Position numbers and translations under genes: made by a program. Below the pieces are notes generated by a model that saw only the letters and a program-made list of their open reading frames with translations, had not been told where the DNA came from and made no database searches. DNA of 64,000 nt. It comes from Chlorokybus atmophyticus (taxonomy: Eukaryota > Plantae > Mesostigma and Chlorokybus algae). Location of the stretch: positions 705,382 through 769,381 of the forward strand of contig RHPI01002262.1 of the NCBI GenBank assembly GCA_009103225.1, written 5' to 3'. This document shows, piece by piece, positions 59,818-64,000 of the stretch (its first letter is position 1; each line of letters opens with the position of its first letter).

Positions 59818-60660
59818 TTCGCTGGCTTCACCACAAAGCACTCAGTGCGCACTGCGCTAGGCACACATCCTGTGCATGGTTTTGCTGCAGGCGGCGGCGG
59901 GACGGGTGGAAAGAGCCTGCGCTGCGTGCTTTGTGGTTCTGTATTGAGATGTGTGGTTACACACTCAACTAAGGGTAGCAAGTGCAGGGGCAACCCAATG
60001 CAACAAAAGTACAGTACAGGCTCGGGCTTATGCTGTTGTACAGCTCTGTACAGTGTGCTTCTCCCGCCGTAGTTTGCTGCTTAGCTTAACACCTTCTTAC
60101 AAATGACGGAGTAGTGATGTTTCAAGGTGCATGGACTTCAACCTAAGTCAACCCCATACCATATTCTCCACCCCACTTGTCATCCACAAACAATAGTACG
60201 TACACATGTACACGTTTTGTTGCTAGTGTCATCCACGTTGGCTTCCTCGCACATGCAGCCACGCACCAACATTTATGTTGCTTTCCTTTGCATGCTATAC
60301 TATTTTATCATAGCAAGGGTCATGTGCACTGTGCATGCAGCTGGGAGCTTATGCTGCGTAGTCCAGACATCAAACAGCGCTTAACACGCGAGCAGCTAGC
60401 ACAAGCAATGACAGTGGCTTGACTCATGAGTTTTCATAGTGTTGCCCTTTGAACTTGATAGGCCTCAACATGCAACAACACAGCCGACGTACATGTGCTC
60501 AGCTGTTGTGCGTCATTCCATCAGCCAAAGCAAGCACTGCGGATCAGGAGGCAGTGGCGAGCCATTGTAGCAATAGTGGAGTGGTTATATGGACAATGAT
60601 TTCACTAGAGCACCTTCAACTTTTCAAGTACAGTACACGTTTAGAATCTCCTTGTACAGT

Positions 60661-63255
60661 TCAAGCTCGCTGCGTCTGGCGCATTGATGTGCTCTCAAAG
60701 ATCCCATCCGCATTGCCGACCTCAAAGCCATCCCGCCGATGTCTCTCTGCAACCTGCAATGTATCCATGCATAGACTCATTGCAACTTCAACACGGTTAC
60801 AAGTCTGCACGGGACGACAGTCATATAAACCCACCTCTTTGAACGGTAGTGAAGCATACTGAGGCAGGACATCCCTCTCAGCAAACTCAATGTATGAGCC
60901 CGCAACCGTTTGAAGCTCATCCTGCTCTCCATCTTGTGAAGCAAAAGCATACTGGAACGTGTCCGCAACCGTGGAACTTTGCCGCAACGCCCCATCCGGA
61001 CTCACTGCGACACACATGGGTGTGTATAACAGGCACATACACACGTACATGTGGTTATGTGGACAATGCGCGCATATGCATGCTGCTACGCATGGCACCT
61101 CTCCCCAACACATTACCTTTCACAGTGCCGCCCTCATCATTGAGGCAGAAGCGCATGTCATCGACAACAAAAGCGTTGAGGTGGTCCAGTGTTGGGAGTG
61201 TGTGGAGGCTATGCGTGGACACTGTTGCGTGATTAAGAGCGTAACCGTTGACTAGAGTCCAAGCTGCATACTCGCTCTCACTGTGTAACACAGCATGACA
61301 ATATTAGCATGCCTTGCTTGATCAGTGTGACATCCTTAACAACACGTACGCGGCAAGGAGTTGGTAGTCTTGGTATGTTGGTTTGGGCCACGGTAGTGTG
61401 CCGAGGGCGCTTGCAAGGAGAGCATGACGCTGCACTGGACCGCTTGCGCTCAAGTACTTGCTTATCACTTCCTGCCATATACAACATCAAGTCACGCCAT
61501 ACAAGCACGCACAAATCCTCAAACAAAGCTCATACATGCAAGCAACTCAGTGCAGGCGCATGCACACACACAAACACAAGCACACACACAGGTGCGCGCG
61601 CACATGCACCTACAAGCTACTACACGCAACAACTCAACCACAACATAGAACCACACACACCTGTGCCTTTGAGCTGAGCTCCTCGACAGCAATCTCGCTC
61701 ACAAACACGCGGGGGAGCAGTGTCCCGAGCCCATCATCCTCCCGCCCGGCACCCTTCCCTGCAGTATTCTCCGCGGGCGGGGCATACCAGTACGCTCGCA
61801 GGCGCTTTTTCGGGAACTCCAGCCGGTCACGACGCCGGTAGCTCAGAGGTAACAACGCTGCCTCCAGAGCTTCAATGCCATATCCCTCAGCCTGTGCATT
61901 CGTGGTAAGACTGTCAAACAAGTGTACACACTTACGGGTGCACGCTTTTGTGCGTGCGTGCATGCGCATGCACGCACACACAAGTACTGCCTCCAGGGCC
62001 TCAATGCCATACCCTTCAACCTGGGTTGGGTACTGAAGTGTGCAAGCTTATGTCTGCACACTTGTGTGTGCATGCACCCCTGCACGCACATGTGTGCAAG
62101 TTCGTGTGTTCGTGCGTGTGTGTGTAAGCATGCATGCTTGTGTGTGCAGTTGTGTGCGTGTGAGCGTGTGCAGTGATTGTGCTTACCCCAAAGGTGCGGA
62201 AGGCAAAATGGTCGCATGGAGGTGGGGAGCCCTCAAGCTCTGTCAAGCGGTGAAGGATAGCGGCTGCAGTCGGGTTGCGGGCGAGGTACGGGCGGAGAAC
62301 AGCCGCCAGGATGGGCCGAAGCATTGGCGGCTGTGTTAACCGCAACAATCAGTGCATTTGTAGGTTGCCAAACAACCAAAGTGTCAAGCTCCCACACAAT
62401 CTGACTTTTCTAAGCAGGAGTCCAAGACTGAAGCACTACACGCCTCCTACAGAGTGTGTTCGTGCTTAATGCGTTGCACACGTTCTGCCACAAACAAACA
62501 ATAGTAAAAGCAACACACAGAATGCACACATACCGCATGCGGTGACTCGCTGTTGGCTTCGTGCACCGGTGCCATTTGGTTTGTGCTCGCAGCCATGGTG
62601 CTAGCTGCGCGAGGAGGCGTGGCCGACTTCTGTATTGATGCCTGGCGGATAGGAACCAGTGGTAACCAGCTGTGCTCTGCAAGGACAGGCATTGCGGATG
62701 TCAATGTTGTCGCAGTTGAGGCAGGATGTTTTGTACATTGCTGTGCACAACTTGTGCACAGCAATGTACAACAGCAGCGAGTTGCATTGAATGCAACTGT
62801 TGCAATGCGCGATATTCTACAATTACATCAAGAAGATGTGCGTCAAACGGGCTACCAACGGAATGCAAGTAGCATCATGGTTTGGCCACATGGACACGCA
62901 GCATGTCGCCGTCTGCTTCTGTACAAAGGCTCCTCTTTCACTGCATGGGACGTCAAGAAGAAGTTCACGGACTGCACTTTACTACACTTTCGTGGATGTG
63001 CATACACTTGAGAAACAAGCAAACCTCCCGGAAGCTGACACTATGTTTCAAATAAGGTCAGAACAGATGCCTGATACAGCAAACTTTGCAGGTCAACACA
63101 ATGCGAGCTTGTTGGTTGTGTCCGTAGCACAGCATACCTCTGCAAGCGAACCGTCCTGAACCCGGCCGCCGCAGCGACAAGAGGGAGCCTGCTCTCACCC
63201 CAGCTGCTGACAACCCCGGCGCCCTTATCAACCTCACCGCCGCCGCTGCCGCCAT
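60661..63255 (-). CDS. DUF1338 family 2-oxoadipate dioxygenase/decarboxylase (HglS; plant FLO7-like) with putative transit peptide
   Basis: DHFAFRTFG, LEFPKKRLRAYWYAPP, LPRVFVSEIAVEELS, ESEYAAWTLVNGYALNHATVS, QSSTVAD, GSYIEFAER, RRDGFEVGNADGIFEST. The N-terminus is Ala/Arg/Ser-rich. Confidence 0.9.
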
Positions 63256-63460
63256 GTGCTCGACGTCATCCCTGTCGCCACAACTGAGCTTATCCACGTG
63301 GCATTGTGACTGCGAGCTGACGTGGCTATGACCACCAAACGACCTCAATCCGTGTTGGTGAATAAGGCTCGTCAATCACAACCAGTTCGGATCGCAAGTT
63401 TCCTCGAACCGGGTTGGGACATGGCCTTCGGCGTTACTAACTAACTGCTTGCATTGCGTA

Positions 63461-63472
63461 TGCCACGTGGCA
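63461..63472. promoter_or_regulatory. Perfect 12-bp G-box palindrome TGCCACGTGGCA upstream of DUF1338
   Basis: Motif read directly about 200 bp upstream of the ATG, with a second CCACGTGG near 63294; function is inferred. Confidence 0.35.
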
Positions 63473-64000
63473 GCAGGCGGCGGCGGCGGCGGAGGGGTAG
63501 ATAAGAGCTGGTGGCTGCATAAGCTACCAATGAACACTGAAAGGATTGGTGTGCATATCGTTCTAGCTAGTGGAATGCTGCAATAACGGTTGCAAAGCAC
63601 TGGCATTGCTGGTAGCTACCTTGGGCAGTTGTTTACTGCGCAAGCTGCTCTGCTGCTAAGCTCTCCATGCTTGTGTAGCTTACCTGTGCATTTTAGCTGT
63701 GTACTACTTGCACAGCTGTTACAGGCTGGTAGAGGGTTATAAGTAGTAGCGCAGTGGTTAGGCTTGCAAGATGGAGTTCTACTATATGTACACCAAGACT
63801 AGGAAGGAGTTTGGGAGGCATTGCGCTTTTCAGGAGGCTCCAGCTGAGGTACGCTGCGTGCGCAGTTGTTCCATGGTTGATTCTTTGCCAACAGTTCTAT
63901 TGATGTTGGCTGTCAAGCTTTCCCCCTTCCTTTGGATTGTTGCTGTACATGAACAGTTTGTGACTCCCTCCCCCTCCCCTCCCCCCCCAGGGGAGGGGGG

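Noticed and set aside
63380-64000. Possible start of a plus-strand gene and a C/G hairpin at the window edge
   Set aside because: Only short candidate exons with no recognisable motif, and the sequence is truncated by the window end.

Overview
Eukaryotic nuclear DNA, about 50% GC and intron-rich (GT-AG introns with CA/TG-rich interiors). Gene content and style suggest a green alga (Chlorophyta); this is inference. Eleven spliced host genes were assembled by hand: carnosine N-methyltransferase-like (5' end outside the window), SLX1-type GIY-YIG nuclease, PASTICCINO1-like triple-FKBP/TPR immunophilin, gamma-tubulin, a secreted 5'-nucleotidase with an HYR-like C-terminal extension, sorting nexin 2 (PX-BAR), a WD40 protein, a rhodanese-DSP-FHA-RS phosphatase, a 2xRRM/RanBP2-zinc-finger protein, a NOT4-type RING plus chromodomain protein, and DUF1338/HglS. 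Two accessory blocks (about 11-17.7 kb and 30.9-41.9 kb) hold three copies of one rolling-circle (Helitron) family on the minus strand. Copy B is a decayed Rep-helicase element followed by a spliced orphan gene and a GIY-YIG nuclease ORF; A and C are shorter derivatives. The family appears to combine TC...CTAG ends, T|T insertion sites with no TSD and a Helitron2/Helentron-like Rep. About 465-bp Tc1/mariner-type MITEs inserted repeatedly into one short hotspot in these elements. Several strong hairpins and palindromes remain unexplained. All gene models and domain names come from manual translation and motif recognition; no database search was run.
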